Position numbers and translations under genes: made by a program. Of a stretch of DNA of 64,000 nt, positions 46,437 to 56,317 are shown piece after piece. This DNA is from Sphingomicrobium sp. GTDB lineage: Bacteria; Pseudomonadota; Alphaproteobacteria; Sphingomonadales; Sphingomonadaceae. The notes under the pieces were generated by a model, which did no database searches, was not told the DNA's origin, and saw only the letters and a list, made by a program, of their open reading frames with translations. How positions within the stretch are numbered: the first letter of the stretch is position 1; each line of letters starts with the position of its first letter. The DNA is taken from assembly GCA_039915925.1 (NCBI GenBank), contig JBDSMG010000073.1, positions 14,902 to 78,901 on the forward strand, given 5' to 3'.

Positions 46437-47579
46437 TTACAGGAGGCCGCGAGCGGCGAGATTACGCATGAGCGCGCGAACCCCGAATTCCCACGGCCGG
46501 GCATCGCGCGAAGTAGTCACGGGGTTGACGAGTGTCCCGATGCGGGGCGCCGAGATGCGCACCACGTCGCCGACCTTGTGGGTGAATCCGCGGCCAGGCT
46601 CGTCACGGTCCTGGACCGGCGCAAACAGGGTGCCGAGGAACAAGGTGAAACCGTCGGGGAAATGATGCTCGCTCATCGCCTGGCTCACGAGATCTTCGGG
46701 ATCGCGGCTGATCTCGGTCATTCGGTTGGTGCCTTCGAGCTTGTAGCCCTCCGGCCCGTCGATCACGAGCTCGACGATGGCATTACGCACATCGTCCATG
46801 GTGAAGCCGTCGTCGAACAGTCGGATGAACGGGCCGATCGCGCACGACGCATTATTGTCCTTGGCCTTTGACAGCAGCAGCGCGCTGCGTCCTTCAAAGT
46901 CGCGCAGGTTCACGTCATTGCCCAGCGTCGCGCCCATCGCGCGGCCGCGGCTGTTGACGATCAGCACGACCTCCGGCTCGGGATTGTTCCAGGTCGAGTC
47001 CGAGCGGACGCCAATCTCGGCGCCCCAGCCGACGGTGGAAAGGATTGCCGACTTGGTGAAGATTTCGGCGTCCGGCCCGATCGCGACCTCGAGATATTGC
47101 GACCACATGCCGGCGGCGATCAGCGCGTCCTTGAGCCGCATTGCCTCGGGCGTGCCGGGGACGACCGAGCGAATACCGGATCCGACGGTGGACTCTAGCG
47201 ATTGGCGGATCTCCGCCGCTTTGTTGGAATCGCCGCGTGCACGTTCCTCGATCACGCGCTCGACCGCGGAGACGGCGAACGTCACGCCGGCCGCCTTCAC
47301 CACCTGAAGATCGACAGGCGACAGCAGGAAAGATCCCGGCGCCGAGGCGGAGATGCGCTCCATCAGCTCCAGCGTCGAGCAGATGCGCGTGCCTTCCACG
47401 CGCGCCGCATCGTCGCGGTCCAGCAGGTCGGCAACGGTCGGTGCGTCGCGTGAAACGTCGAACACCTCTCCGCCGCGAATGATCACGGGCGTCGGTCCTT
47501 CATCGAGCAGGAGTCGCCCGGCGAGCACCGACGCATCAAGATCCTCGGGCAGCATCGCCGCCGTAAATGTCTGTTCCAA
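46437..47579 (-). CDS. xylX: FAH-family 2-keto-3-deoxy-D-xylonate dehydratase
   Basis: KAAGVTFAVSAVERVIEE, YLEVAIGPDAEIFTK, WNNPEPEV, GNDVNLRDFEGRSALLLSKAKDNNASC; start moved to TTG 47579 after GGAGAGG. Confidence 0.87.
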   Translation of the reverse strand: MEQTFTAAMLPEDLDASVLAGRLLLDEGPTPVIIRGGEVFDVSRDAPTVADLLDRDDAARVEGTRICSTLELMERISASAPGSFLLSPVDLQVVKAAGVTFAVSAVERVIEERARGDSNKAAEIRQSLESTVGSGIRSVVPGTPEAMRLKDALIAAGMWSQYLEVAIGPDAEIFTKSAILSTVGWGAEIGVRSDSTWNNPEPEVVLIVNSRGRAMGATLGNDVNLRDFEGRSALLLSKAKDNNASCAIGPFIRLFDDGFTMDDVRNAIVELVIDGPEGYKLEGTNRMTEISRDPEDLVSQAMSEHHFPDGFTLFLGTLFAPVQDRDEPGRGFTHKVGDVVRISAPRIGTLVNPVTTSRDARPWEFGVRALMRNLAARGLL

Positions 47580-47608
47580 AACCTCTCCGCCGCTAATGCT
47601 TTTCGTGT

Positions 47609-47622
47609 TGGTAGCGCTAACG
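47609..47622. promoter_or_regulatory. LacI-family operator TGGTAGCGCTAACG
   Basis: Between the aldehyde dehydrogenase stop and xylX; reverse complement CGTTAGCGCTACCA. Confidence 0.75.
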
Positions 47623-47644
47623 CTTGCCGCGTGCGCCGCTCGAG

Positions 47645-49222
47645 TCAAGCGGCGAGGACAGGCTTTCCGTCGACCAGCCGGTCGAGGCCGCGCGGGTTGC
47701 TCTCCTTCACGTCGTCGGGGAGCAGCTCCTCGGGCAGATCCTGATAGCAGACCGGACGCAGGAAGCGCTGGATCGCCATCGTCCCGACCGAGGTCGAGCG
47801 CCCGTCGGCGGTGGACGGGTAGGGGCCGCCGTGAACCATCGCATGGCTCACTTCCACGCCGGTGCCGAAGCCATTGACGAGGATGCGCCCAACCTTCTTT
47901 TCGAGCAAGGGAAGCAGGTCCTTCGCCTGTCCGTAATCGGACGGGGCGATGTGCAGCGCCGCGGTCAGCTGGCCTTCAAGAGTCTCGATGACGTGGCGGA
48001 GCGCGGTCTTGTCCGGACAACGCACGACCAGCGAGCTCGACCCGAAAATCTCCTCCTGCAGGTGCGAGTCGCTGACGAAGGCGTCGGCCGAAGTGGCGAA
48101 TAGACCGGCCTGGCCTTGGAAGTTGTGCCCGGCCTTGCCGCGGGCGATCGTCTCGACCCGCTCGTGCGCCGCAAGCCGCTCGACGCCTTCGCAATAGCTC
48201 TTGTGGATGCCCGGTGTGAGCATGGTTCCAGGGGCGGCTTCCTGAAGCGCTTCCGCGGCCGCGGAAAGGAAGCCATTCAATCCGTCGCCGTCCTCGGCCA
48301 GCAACAGGCCGGGGCTGGTGCAGAACTGACCGGCGCCCATCATCAGCGAGTTGACGAAGGCTTTCGCGATGGCCGGGCCGCGCTCTTCGAGCGCACCGGA
48401 GAAGAGGATCACGGGATTGATCGAGCTCATCTCGGCATAAACCGGAATCGGCTCAGGGCGGGCGGCCGCGATCTTTATCAGCGCGGTACCGCCGCCCCGC
48501 GAGCCAGTGAAACCTACGGCCTTGACGCGCGGATCCGCGACGAGGCCCTGGCCGATCTCGCGGCCGGTATCGATCAGGAGCGAGAAGACGCCCTCGGGCA
48601 AACCGGTGGCGGCGACTGCCTGCTGAATCGCGCGGCCGACCAGTTCGGACGTGCCCGGATGCGCTGAGTGGGCCTTGGCGATTGCGGGGCAGCCGGCCGC
48701 AAGCGCCGAAGCCGTGTCGCCACCGGCGACGGAGAACGCGAGCGGGAAGTTGGATGCGCCGAACACGGCGACAGGCCCGACCGGGATCATGCGCGAGCGG
48801 ATGTCGGAACGGGGCAGGGGCTGGCGGTCGGGCATTGCCGGATCGACCCGAACGTCGAGATAGTGTCCGGCGCGAACGACCGAGGCGAACAGGCGCAACT
48901 GGCCGACGGTGCGGCCGCGTTCGCCCTCGATGCGGCCGCGGGGCAAGCCGCTTTCGGCCATGCAGCGCTCGATCAGTTCGTCACCGATGTCGAGGATGTT
49001 CTGGGCGATCGTCTCGAGGAGCTTCGCGCGAACTTCCGGACCCGCGTTGCGGTAGGGGTCGAAGGCTTCCCAGGCGAGGCGGCAGGCTTCGTCCAGCTGT
49101 TCCTTGCTCGCACCGCCGAAGCCGGGCTCCAGCTTCTCGCCGCTGTCCGCATTGATGCCGCGAAGCTCGCCGACACTACCCTTCACGGCGCGGCTGCCGA
49201 TGAACATCTCTCCGTTGATCAT
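47645..49222 (-). CDS. Alpha-ketoglutaric semialdehyde dehydrogenase (NADP-ALDH, KGSADH type)
   Basis: From ATG 49222 (RBS AAGGAG): [62 protein letters not shown]. Confidence 0.85.
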   Translation of the reverse strand: MINGEMFIGSRAVKGSVGELRGINADSGEKLEPGFGGASKEQLDEACRLAWEAFDPYRNAGPEVRAKLLETIAQNILDIGDELIERCMAESGLPRGRIEGERGRTVGQLRLFASVVRAGHYLDVRVDPAMPDRQPLPRSDIRSRMIPVGPVAVFGASNFPLAFSVAGGDTASALAAGCPAIAKAHSAHPGTSELVGRAIQQAVAATGLPEGVFSLLIDTGREIGQGLVADPRVKAVGFTGSRGGGTALIKIAAARPEPIPVYAEMSSINPVILFSGALEERGPAIAKAFVNSLMMGAGQFCTSPGLLLAEDGDGLNGFLSAAAEALQEAAPGTMLTPGIHKSYCEGVERLAAHERVETIARGKAGHNFQGQAGLFATSADAFVSDSHLQEEIFGSSSLVVRCPDKTALRHVIETLEGQLTAALHIAPSDYGQAKDLLPLLEKKVGRILVNGFGTGVEVSHAMVHGGPYPSTADGRSTSVGTMAIQRFLRPVCYQDLPEELLPDDVKESNPRGLDRLVDGKPVLAA

Positions 49223-49309
49223 GCTTTCACTCCTTTGCGCCGGCGGGGCGGCAATCATCGTGCGGCGCTATTGTCCGAAGCGGCGCGGTCGTCCAATATT
49301 TTCGAATGC

Positions 49310-49323
49310 TGGTAGCGCTACCA
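49310..49323. promoter_or_regulatory. LacI-family operator TGGTAGCGCTACCA (perfect palindrome)
   Basis: Divergent ALDH/GH3 intergenic region. Confidence 0.85.
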
Positions 49324-49400
49324 TTTGGGGAGCCGACACGCTAGTGCCAAGGGCAAGCCGAACCGCTAAAGAGTGAGGCGTAAGAGAGGGAGCCTTACCA

Positions 49401-51683
49401 GTGACATTCAAGAACCGCCGTCGACTTGCCACCTTCGCGCTGCTGCTGGCGGCAGCATCGGCGCCGGCAATCGCACAGACTGCCGCGCGGCCGTGGCTGA
49501 ACCTCGCACTTACCGCCGATGAGCGTGCTTCGCTCGCCGTCGCGCAAATGACGCGCGACGAAAAACTGTCGCTGGTGTTCGGCCTGTTCGCGACCAACGC
49601 GGAATATAAGAACGGCTACCGGGCGCCGAAGGAAAGCCGCTACGGCTCAGCCGGCTTTATCCCTGGCATTCCGCGCCTTGGCATTCCGCCGCAGTGGCAG
49701 ACGGACGCCGGCGTCGGTGTCGCGACGCAGGGTGGCGCGGACAAGAAGCGTGAGCGCACGTCGCTTCCCTCAGGCATTGCGACCACCGCGACCTGGGATC
49801 CGGAAACAGCGTTCGCGGGCGGCCGGATGATCGGATCCGAAGCGCGCTCTTCGGGTTTCAACGTCATGCTTGCGGGCGGCGTCAACCTGCTTCGCGACCC
49901 GCGCAACGGCCGGAATTTCGAATATGGCGGCGAGGATCCGCTGCTTGCCGGCACTATGGTCGGCGCGCAAATCGCGGGCATCCAGTCGAACAACATCATT
50001 TCGACGATCAAGCATTATGCCCTCAACGATCTCGAAACCGGGCGCTTCGAGCATGATGCGCGGATCAACCGCGGCGCGGCACGCATGTCCGACATGCTGG
50101 CGTTTCAGTTCGGCTTCGAGCGCGGCAATCCCGGGTCGGTGATGTGCGCCTACAACCGCGTGAACAGCGAATATGCCTGCGAGAACAGCTGGCTTCTGAC
50201 CGACCTGCTGCGCAACCAGTTCGGCTTTCAGGGCTATGTGATGTCCGACTGGGGCGCGACCCACAGCACGGAGAAAGCAGCGCTTGCGGGCCTCGACCAG
50301 GAGTCCGGCTGGCCGTTCGACGACAAGCCCTATTTCCGTGAACCACTGGCTGCGGCTGTTGCCGCCGGGCGTGTACCGGAAGCGCGGCTAAATCAGATGG
50401 CGGGTCGAATCCTTCGTTCGATGTTCGAACATGGCGTGATCGACAAGCCCGTGGCGGAGGGCCCGATCGACTTTGCGGCGCATGCGGGGGTGACTCGGCA
50501 GGACGCGGAGCAGGCGATCGTGCTGCTGCAAAACAGGAATAATGTGCTTCCGCTGGCGGCGTCAGCGAAGCGGATCGTCATCATCGGCGGTCATGCTGAC
50601 AAGGGTGTTCTTGCCGGCGGCGGCTCGTCCCTGACCTATCCGGTCGGCGGTAATGCCGTGCCGGGAATTGCACCTACAGGCTGGCCGGGACCGGTACTCT
50701 ATGATCCATCCTCGCCGATGAAGGCCATTCAGGCGCTCGCGCGGAACGCGACCGTGACCTACGTCGACGGTGCCGACCCGGCCGTGGCCGCGCGTGCCGC
50801 CGCTGGTGCCGACGTCGCTCTGCTGTTCCTGACTCGCTGGGAAGGAGAATCGTTCGACGTTCCGATGGGCCTGCCCGACAAGCAGGACGCCTTGGTGGAC
50901 GCGGTTGCAGCGGCCAACCGCAACACTGTCGCGATTCTCGAAACCGGCGGGCCTGTGCTGATGCCGTGGTCCAATCGCGTGGCTTCGATCCTGGAGGCCT
51001 GGTACTCCGGTACATCCGGCGGTGAAGCGATCGCCAATGTGTTGTTCGGAAAGGTCAATCCGTCGGGGCACCTGCCAGTGACTTTCGCGGCGAGCGAAGC
51101 GCAGCTGCCACGCCCGGTTCGTCCCGGCACCGGGCTGCCCGAAAAGCAGATGTTCGCGATCGACTATAATGAGGGCGCCGCGGTCGGATACAAATGGTTC
51201 GACGCGCGCGGCATCCAGCCCCTGTTCCCGTTCGGGCACGGCCTCAGCTACACGAGCTTTGCGATGAGCCGGCTTAGCGCAGCGCCGACGCAGGATGGCG
51301 GAGCAACGGTCAGCTTCACGGTCCGCAACACCGGCAAGCGCCGTGGCGCCGAGGTCGCGCAGGTCTATGCCTCGCCCGTGAACGGCGGCTGGGAAGCGCC
51401 GAAGCGGCTGGCCGCCTTCAGCAAGGTCGATCTTGCGCCAGGGCAGTCGAAGCGGCTGACCCTCAGCGTCGATCCGCGCCTGCTCGCCACTTTCGACGAA
51501 GCGAGCAACAGCTGGGTAATCGGCGGCGGCGCCTACAAGCTGATGCTTGGCGCTTCGGCGCGGGAGCTTGGAAGCTCGACCACGATCCAGTTGCTGGCGA
51601 GGACTCTGCCCGGCAATTGGCGCCCGGGCGCTGCGGCCGCAACGGCACCGGCCGCCGGCTCGGTTGTGCCGGAGCGCGGCTAA
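49401..51683 (+). CDS. GH3 beta-glucosidase/xylosidase, signal peptide, C-terminal Ala/Pro tail ending PERG
   Basis: RDPRNGRNFEYGGEDP, TIKHYA, VMSDWG, WEGESFD, FnIII (AEVAQVY); ends ...PAAGSVVPERG. Confidence 0.92.
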   Translation: MTFKNRRRLATFALLLAAASAPAIAQTAARPWLNLALTADERASLAVAQMTRDEKLSLVFGLFATNAEYKNGYRAPKESRYGSAGFIPGIPRLGIPPQWQTDAGVGVATQGGADKKRERTSLPSGIATTATWDPETAFAGGRMIGSEARSSGFNVMLAGGVNLLRDPRNGRNFEYGGEDPLLAGTMVGAQIAGIQSNNIISTIKHYALNDLETGRFEHDARINRGAARMSDMLAFQFGFERGNPGSVMCAYNRVNSEYACENSWLLTDLLRNQFGFQGYVMSDWGATHSTEKAALAGLDQESGWPFDDKPYFREPLAAAVAAGRVPEARLNQMAGRILRSMFEHGVIDKPVAEGPIDFAAHAGVTRQDAEQAIVLLQNRNNVLPLAASAKRIVIIGGHADKGVLAGGGSSLTYPVGGNAVPGIAPTGWPGPVLYDPSSPMKAIQALARNATVTYVDGADPAVAARAAAGADVALLFLTRWEGESFDVPMGLPDKQDALVDAVAAANRNTVAILETGGPVLMPWSNRVASILEAWYSGTSGGEAIANVLFGKVNPSGHLPVTFAASEAQLPRPVRPGTGLPEKQMFAIDYNEGAAVGYKWFDARGIQPLFPFGHGLSYTSFAMSRLSAAPTQDGGATVSFTVRNTGKRRGAEVAQVYASPVNGGWEAPKRLAAFSKVDLAPGQSKRLTLSVDPRLLATFDEASNSWVIGGGAYKLMLGASARELGSSTTIQLLARTLPGNWRPGAAAATAPAAGSVVPERG

Positions 51684-52681
51684 ACGGACTGAAGGGGCGG
51701 CAGCGACAAGCGCCGCCCCTCCCGAGCGCTCTCCTTTGCAAGCGCGATGAGGGCCATTACGTCCCGCGCGTCTCGCGCGCTCACCGGGACAGGAGCGCCG
51801 TCGAGGATCGCATCGGCGACGCCTTCATAGAAATCGAGGTAGCGGCCGCGCTCGCTCGGGACTGTGCGGCGATTTCCGTCGGCTCCCGTCAGGCTGCCAT
51901 CATTTGCGTCACGGCCATAATCGGCAGCCAGCGGGTTGGCGCCGCCCTTCAACGCTTCCTCCTGTGTGTCCAGCCCGTATTTTACGAAGCTGCCGCGATC
52001 TCCGTGGATCGCGAAGCGGGGGCGCGCGTCGGCGACCAGGCTGGAGGAGCCGAGCACCGCGCGCATTTCGCCATAGTGCATGGTCAGTTCGAAATAATCG
52101 TCGACGCGGCTGCCGGTGCGTTGCGCCGCCACGTCGGCGCTGACCGATCCCGGCTTCCCGAACAGTTGCACGACCTGGTCGATCAGGTGTGGGCCGAGGT
52201 CGATCAGCACGCCGGTGACTCCGTCGGGCTGCTCCTTCCATCCTTCGCGTAAGGCTGGCCGAAAGCGGTCCCAATGGGCGGAGTAGAGTTTGACCTCGCC
52301 AAGTTCGGGCAGGACCTTGCGCACCGTGAGGAAGTCGCTGTCCCAACGCCGGTTGTGAAACACCGTCAGCTTCAACGCGCATTCGTCCGCCAGCGCGATC
52401 AGCTGATCGGCTTGTTCGACGGTCGCGGTGAAGGGCTTGTCGACCACCACATGCTTGCCAGCCTCGAGCGCCGCTTTCGTGATGTCGAAATGAGTCGCGT
52501 TCGGCGAGGCGACGACGATCAGGTCGGATCGCTGCAACAGAGCGTCGAGGCTCGGCACGGCGTCCGGTATGTCCCGCGAGGTCATGACGCCGCTGATCTG
52601 CATGCGGCCGCATGCCCGGATCAGCGGCGCGTGGAAGTTGGCGCCGGCGAGGCCGTAGCCGACCAGGCCGACGCGGATCAT
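51680..52681 (-). CDS. Gfo/Idh/MocA family oxidoreductase (YdgJ-like)
   Basis: VGLVGYGLAG, ASPNATH, HVVVDKPF, FHNRRWDSDF, DLGPHLIDQ. Confidence 0.9.
   Translation of the reverse strand: MIRVGLVGYGLAGANFHAPLIRACGRMQISGVMTSRDIPDAVPSLDALLQRSDLIVVASPNATHFDITKAALEAGKHVVVDKPFTATVEQADQLIALADECALKLTVFHNRRWDSDFLTVRKVLPELGEVKLYSAHWDRFRPALREGWKEQPDGVTGVLIDLGPHLIDQVVQLFGKPGSVSADVAAQRTGSRVDDYFELTMHYGEMRAVLGSSSLVADARPRFAIHGDRGSFVKYGLDTQEEALKGGANPLAADYGRDANDGSLTGADGNRRTVPSERGRYLDFYEGVADAILDGAPVPVSARDARDVMALIALAKESAREGRRLSLPPLQSV
51693..51720. terminator. Hairpin at convergent GH3/oxidoreductase junction
   Basis: AGGGGCGGC...GCCGCCCCT 9 bp stem, 10 nt after the GH3 stop; no clear U-tract. Confidence 0.35.
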
Positions 52682-52685
52682 GTCC

Positions 52686-55217
52686 TTATTGCGCGCCGCA
52701 CTGCGTCTGCGGCACGGTCGCGCTGATAACCCGGACGTCCGAGATGGCGAGCGCGAGTTGGCCTGCCGTTTCCATCAGAAGAGGGGTCGTTAGCTTCGCC
52801 GGGTCGAACGGGCTGCTGCCGGCCGGCTTCGGCGTGAAGCACCCAAGCGGCAGGGTCATTGTCTGCCACTGCCCGACGGGCGCCGAGCGAAGCACGCCCG
52901 TGATTGGAACCGAAACACCGCTGTCCGGGCCAGACTGCACGTTGAGGGTCACCGGAGCAGTCGGCTTTTTGTCGACGCGATAGTCGATGACCAGGCTCAA
53001 CTGGCCGGTAAATTCGCGGCTGAGATCGACCGGCTGGCTCGACCGGATCGCCACCGCCGCCGGACGGTTGCCCGGCCAGGTGAACGCCCGTGAGTCTTCC
53101 TGCGCGCGCCGGTCGACACCGCGGACCTGCCCGCCGTCACCGACGAAGCCGAAGGTCGAGCCCTCCGAAGTCGCTCCGCGGCCGAACAGCACGCCTTCGG
53201 GCAATCCGCCACCGGCCGGCCGTTCCTCGGACAGCTGCGCCAACTCGTCGGACTGCCCATACCGAAGGCCATAGCCATAGGCGAATAGCGGGTCGTAGCC
53301 AGGATCGCCGACATTGAGCGGCGTCTGGTCCGCGCGCTTGGGCCAGGAAAAGCTGAGCTTGCCGTTGAAGTCGTAGTTGGTGCTACCGTCCGCCTTGCGG
53401 AACAGCACGTCGGCAATCCCGGCACCTTCGCTTCCGGGCAGGAAGGCCGCGACGAACGCGTCGGAGGCGTTGATCTCTGGGTTTACCCAGAGCGGTCTTC
53501 CCGAGAGAAATACGGACACGACCGGAATGCCCGCTTTCCGCAGGCGGCGAAGAAGGTCGAGATCCTTCTTGTCCGCTGGGCTGAACTCGAGCGAGCGCGG
53601 ACGGTCGCCGACGAACTCGGCGTAGGGGTCCTCGCCGAACACGACAATCGCGACGTCGGGCTTCCGCCTGTACTTCCCATCGACGCTGAATGTCGTGCGT
53701 CCGCCGGCAGCGCGCGCGGCTTCCTGAATGCCCGAGTAGATGGTCTGCGCGTTGTGGAAGTCGGAATTCTTGAGCCCGGCGCCTTGCCAGGTGATCGTCC
53801 ATCCGCCCGATTGTTTGCCGAGATTGTCGGCGCCATCACCCGCCACGAGGATATTCGCCTGCGGGCGAAGCGGGAGCAGCTGGTTGCTGTTCTTCAGCAG
53901 CACAAGCGACTTGCGAACCGCTTCGCGTGCCACGGCTCTGTGCTCGGGCGCACCGAGAAGCTGGAACTGCCCGCCGAATGGGCGCGCCGACGGCTTCGGC
54001 TTCTCGAACAGACCAGCCCGAAGCTTCACTCGAAGAATGCGCCGCACGGCGTCGTCGAGCCGCGTCTGCGGGATGACGCCGGATTGGACCTCGCGAAGCG
54101 TGTTCTCGTACAGGCCCTTCCAGCTGTCGGGGGCCATATACATGTCGAGGCCGGCATTGATGGACTGCGGGCAGTCGGTGTTGCTGCAGCCGGGAACCTG
54201 CCCGTGTGCGTTCCAGTCGCCGACGACGAATCCGTTAAAGCCCATGTCTTCCTTCAGCGCTCCGGTCAGCAGGTCGCGGTCGCCGTGGACCTTTACTCCA
54301 CGAACGGAGGAGAAGCTCGCCATCACCGACTGCACGCCGGCCTCGATCGCCGGAGGATAACCCGCGCCGTGGATGTCGCGCAGCTGCTCGGGCGTGGACG
54401 GATTGTCGCCCTGGTCCTTGCCGTCCGCGGTTCCGCCATCGCCGACGAAATGCTTGACCGTGCCCACCACTCGGCCCGGCCCCATAAACTCCGGCGTTCC
54501 GGCACGGCCCTGCAAGCCTTCGATCATGCGCGGCGCATAGGCGCGCACGACTTCGGGGTTTTCAGAGAAGCTCTCATAGCTGCGGCCCCAGCGATCGTCG
54601 CGAGCAACGGCGATGGTGGGCGAGAAATCCCATTCGAGCCCGGTAACCGTCATCTCCTTGGCCGTGACTTCGCCGATCCGCCGGATCAGTTCGGGGTCAC
54701 GCATCGCGCCAAGGCCGACGTTCTGCGGGAAGATGGTGGCGCCCGGTACGTTGGCGTGCCCGTGCACCGCGTCGATGCCGAAGATCGGCGGAATCTTCTC
54801 GCCGGCCCATTGCGCGCTGTTGGCCGCTTCCCAGAAGGCGTCGGCAAGCTTCAGCCAGTCGGCGCCGGTCGACTTGATGTCCTCGCCATTCGGCGCCGAA
54901 TTGCCGCCCGCCAGGATCGAGCCGAACTTGTACTTCCGCATATCGTCGGGAGTGACTGCCGCGATGTCAGGCTGGATCGTCTGGGCGACCTTTTCCTCGA
55001 CCGACATGCGCGAGATGATCTGCGTGATGCGCGCTTCCATCGCCGGATCGATCGCGACGCGGCTCTGCACGGCCGGCCAGCGGTCGGTACGCTCGGCAAC
55101 CACTGGAGCGACCGGCACGGGCTCGGTCACCGCAACAGGTACAACCGGCGGCGGCGTCACCGCACAGCCGCTGGCGAGCAACCCGACGAGAATTACGTTC
55201 AAACGCTTCGGCGACAT
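52686..55217 (-). CDS. GH3 exo-beta-glucanase-like lipoprotein with ExoP-type C-terminal domain
   Basis: From ATG 55217: LLASGC lipobox; GIDAVHGH, RWGRSYESFSE, VKHFVGDGGT, VVGDWN, GEDPYAE; C-terminal RRAQEDS...WQT galactose-binding-like domain. Confidence 0.88.
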   Translation of the reverse strand: MSPKRLNVILVGLLASGCAVTPPPVVPVAVTEPVPVAPVVAERTDRWPAVQSRVAIDPAMEARITQIISRMSVEEKVAQTIQPDIAAVTPDDMRKYKFGSILAGGNSAPNGEDIKSTGADWLKLADAFWEAANSAQWAGEKIPPIFGIDAVHGHANVPGATIFPQNVGLGAMRDPELIRRIGEVTAKEMTVTGLEWDFSPTIAVARDDRWGRSYESFSENPEVVRAYAPRMIEGLQGRAGTPEFMGPGRVVGTVKHFVGDGGTADGKDQGDNPSTPEQLRDIHGAGYPPAIEAGVQSVMASFSSVRGVKVHGDRDLLTGALKEDMGFNGFVVGDWNAHGQVPGCSNTDCPQSINAGLDMYMAPDSWKGLYENTLREVQSGVIPQTRLDDAVRRILRVKLRAGLFEKPKPSARPFGGQFQLLGAPEHRAVAREAVRKSLVLLKNSNQLLPLRPQANILVAGDGADNLGKQSGGWTITWQGAGLKNSDFHNAQTIYSGIQEAARAAGGRTTFSVDGKYRRKPDVAIVVFGEDPYAEFVGDRPRSLEFSPADKKDLDLLRRLRKAGIPVVSVFLSGRPLWVNPEINASDAFVAAFLPGSEGAGIADVLFRKADGSTNYDFNGKLSFSWPKRADQTPLNVGDPGYDPLFAYGYGLRYGQSDELAQLSEERPAGGGLPEGVLFGRGATSEGSTFGFVGDGGQVRGVDRRAQEDSRAFTWPGNRPAAVAIRSSQPVDLSREFTGQLSLVIDYRVDKKPTAPVTLNVQSGPDSGVSVPITGVLRSAPVGQWQTMTLPLGCFTPKPAGSSPFDPAKLTTPLLMETAGQLALAISDVRVISATVPQTQCGAQ

Positions 55218-55265
55218 GCAACCTCTCCCGGAATACCCGTCATGCGGGCTTGACCGAATGCTTAT

Positions 55266-55279
55266 TGGTAACGCTATCA
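55266..55279. promoter_or_regulatory. LacI-family operator TGGTAACGCTATCA
   Basis: Divergent GH3/GH5 intergenic region. Confidence 0.75.
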
Positions 55280-55309
55280 CCGCACAAGAAGGATAGAGGG
55301 AGAATCCTG

Positions 55310-56317
55310 ATGGCTCGGTTCCGTTGGATCGCCGCGGTTGCGGCATTGATCGTCAGTGCATGCACTCCATTAGCACTCGAGCGCCCTGCGGCCTCAGCGA
55401 CTGCGGTCAGCGCGATGCAGTTCAAGCGCGGCGTCAACGTGCTGGGGTACGATCCGTATTGGACCGATCCTTCGAAGGCGCGATTCCAGTGGCGGCACCT
55501 TGCCGAGATTAAGCGTGCCGGGTTCGACCACGTTCGGCTCGTGGTGTTCGCTTTCAAATTCATGGACGCGCAGAACCGGCTCGACACCAAGTGGCTCGAG
55601 CGGCTCGATGCGGCGGTGCGGGAAGCCCAGGCGGCTGGGCTCGGCGTGATCGTCGACGAACATGATTTCGACACCTGTGCCAAAGACGTGCCCGCGTGCC
55701 GCGTAAAGCTTCCGGCCTTCTGGCGGCAGATCGCGCCGCGCTATGCGAGTGCGCCCGACAGCATCGCGTTCGAGCTGCTCAACGAGCCGCACAAGGCGCT
55801 CGACCCGGTCTGGAACGACATGCTTGCGGAGCTTCTCGGAATCGTTCGCCAGTCGAACCCGACGCGCACGGTCGTCGTCGGCCCCACAAGCTGGAACAGC
55901 TTCCACAATCTTCCGACGCTCCGGTTGCCCGAAGGTGACCGCAATCTGCTCGTGACCTTCCATTATTACGATCCCTTCCGCTTTACCCACCAAGGGGCGA
56001 GCTGGACGGACATGGTTGGACTGCGCGGCGTGACCTTCGGAAGCGAGGCCGATCTGGCGCAGATCCGCAAGGACTTCGACGAAGTCGCCGCGTGGGCGCG
56101 GGCGAACAACCGTCCGATCCTGCTCGGTGAATTCGGCGCCTATGACAAGAGCGGAACGCCGATCGAGATGCGTGCGGCCTACGCGAACGCCGTCGCCCGC
56201 GAGGCGGAGCTCCACGGCTTCGGCTGGGACTATTGGCAGTTCGACAGCGATTTCATCGTCTGGGACATGCAGAAGAACGGCTGGAATGAGCCAATCCTGA
56301 AGGCTCTGATCCCCTAG
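55310..56317 (+). CDS. GH5 endoglucanase-like lipoprotein (subfamily 25-like)
   Basis: From ATG 55310: IVSAC lipobox; FELLNEPH, TFHYYDPFRFTHQGASW, LLGEFGAY, YWQF. Confidence 0.87.
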   Translation: MARFRWIAAVAALIVSACTPLALERPAASATAVSAMQFKRGVNVLGYDPYWTDPSKARFQWRHLAEIKRAGFDHVRLVVFAFKFMDAQNRLDTKWLERLDAAVREAQAAGLGVIVDEHDFDTCAKDVPACRVKLPAFWRQIAPRYASAPDSIAFELLNEPHKALDPVWNDMLAELLGIVRQSNPTRTVVVGPTSWNSFHNLPTLRLPEGDRNLLVTFHYYDPFRFTHQGASWTDMVGLRGVTFGSEADLAQIRKDFDEVAAWARANNRPILLGEFGAYDKSGTPIEMRAAYANAVAREAELHGFGWDYWQFDSDFIVWDMQKNGWNEPILKALIP

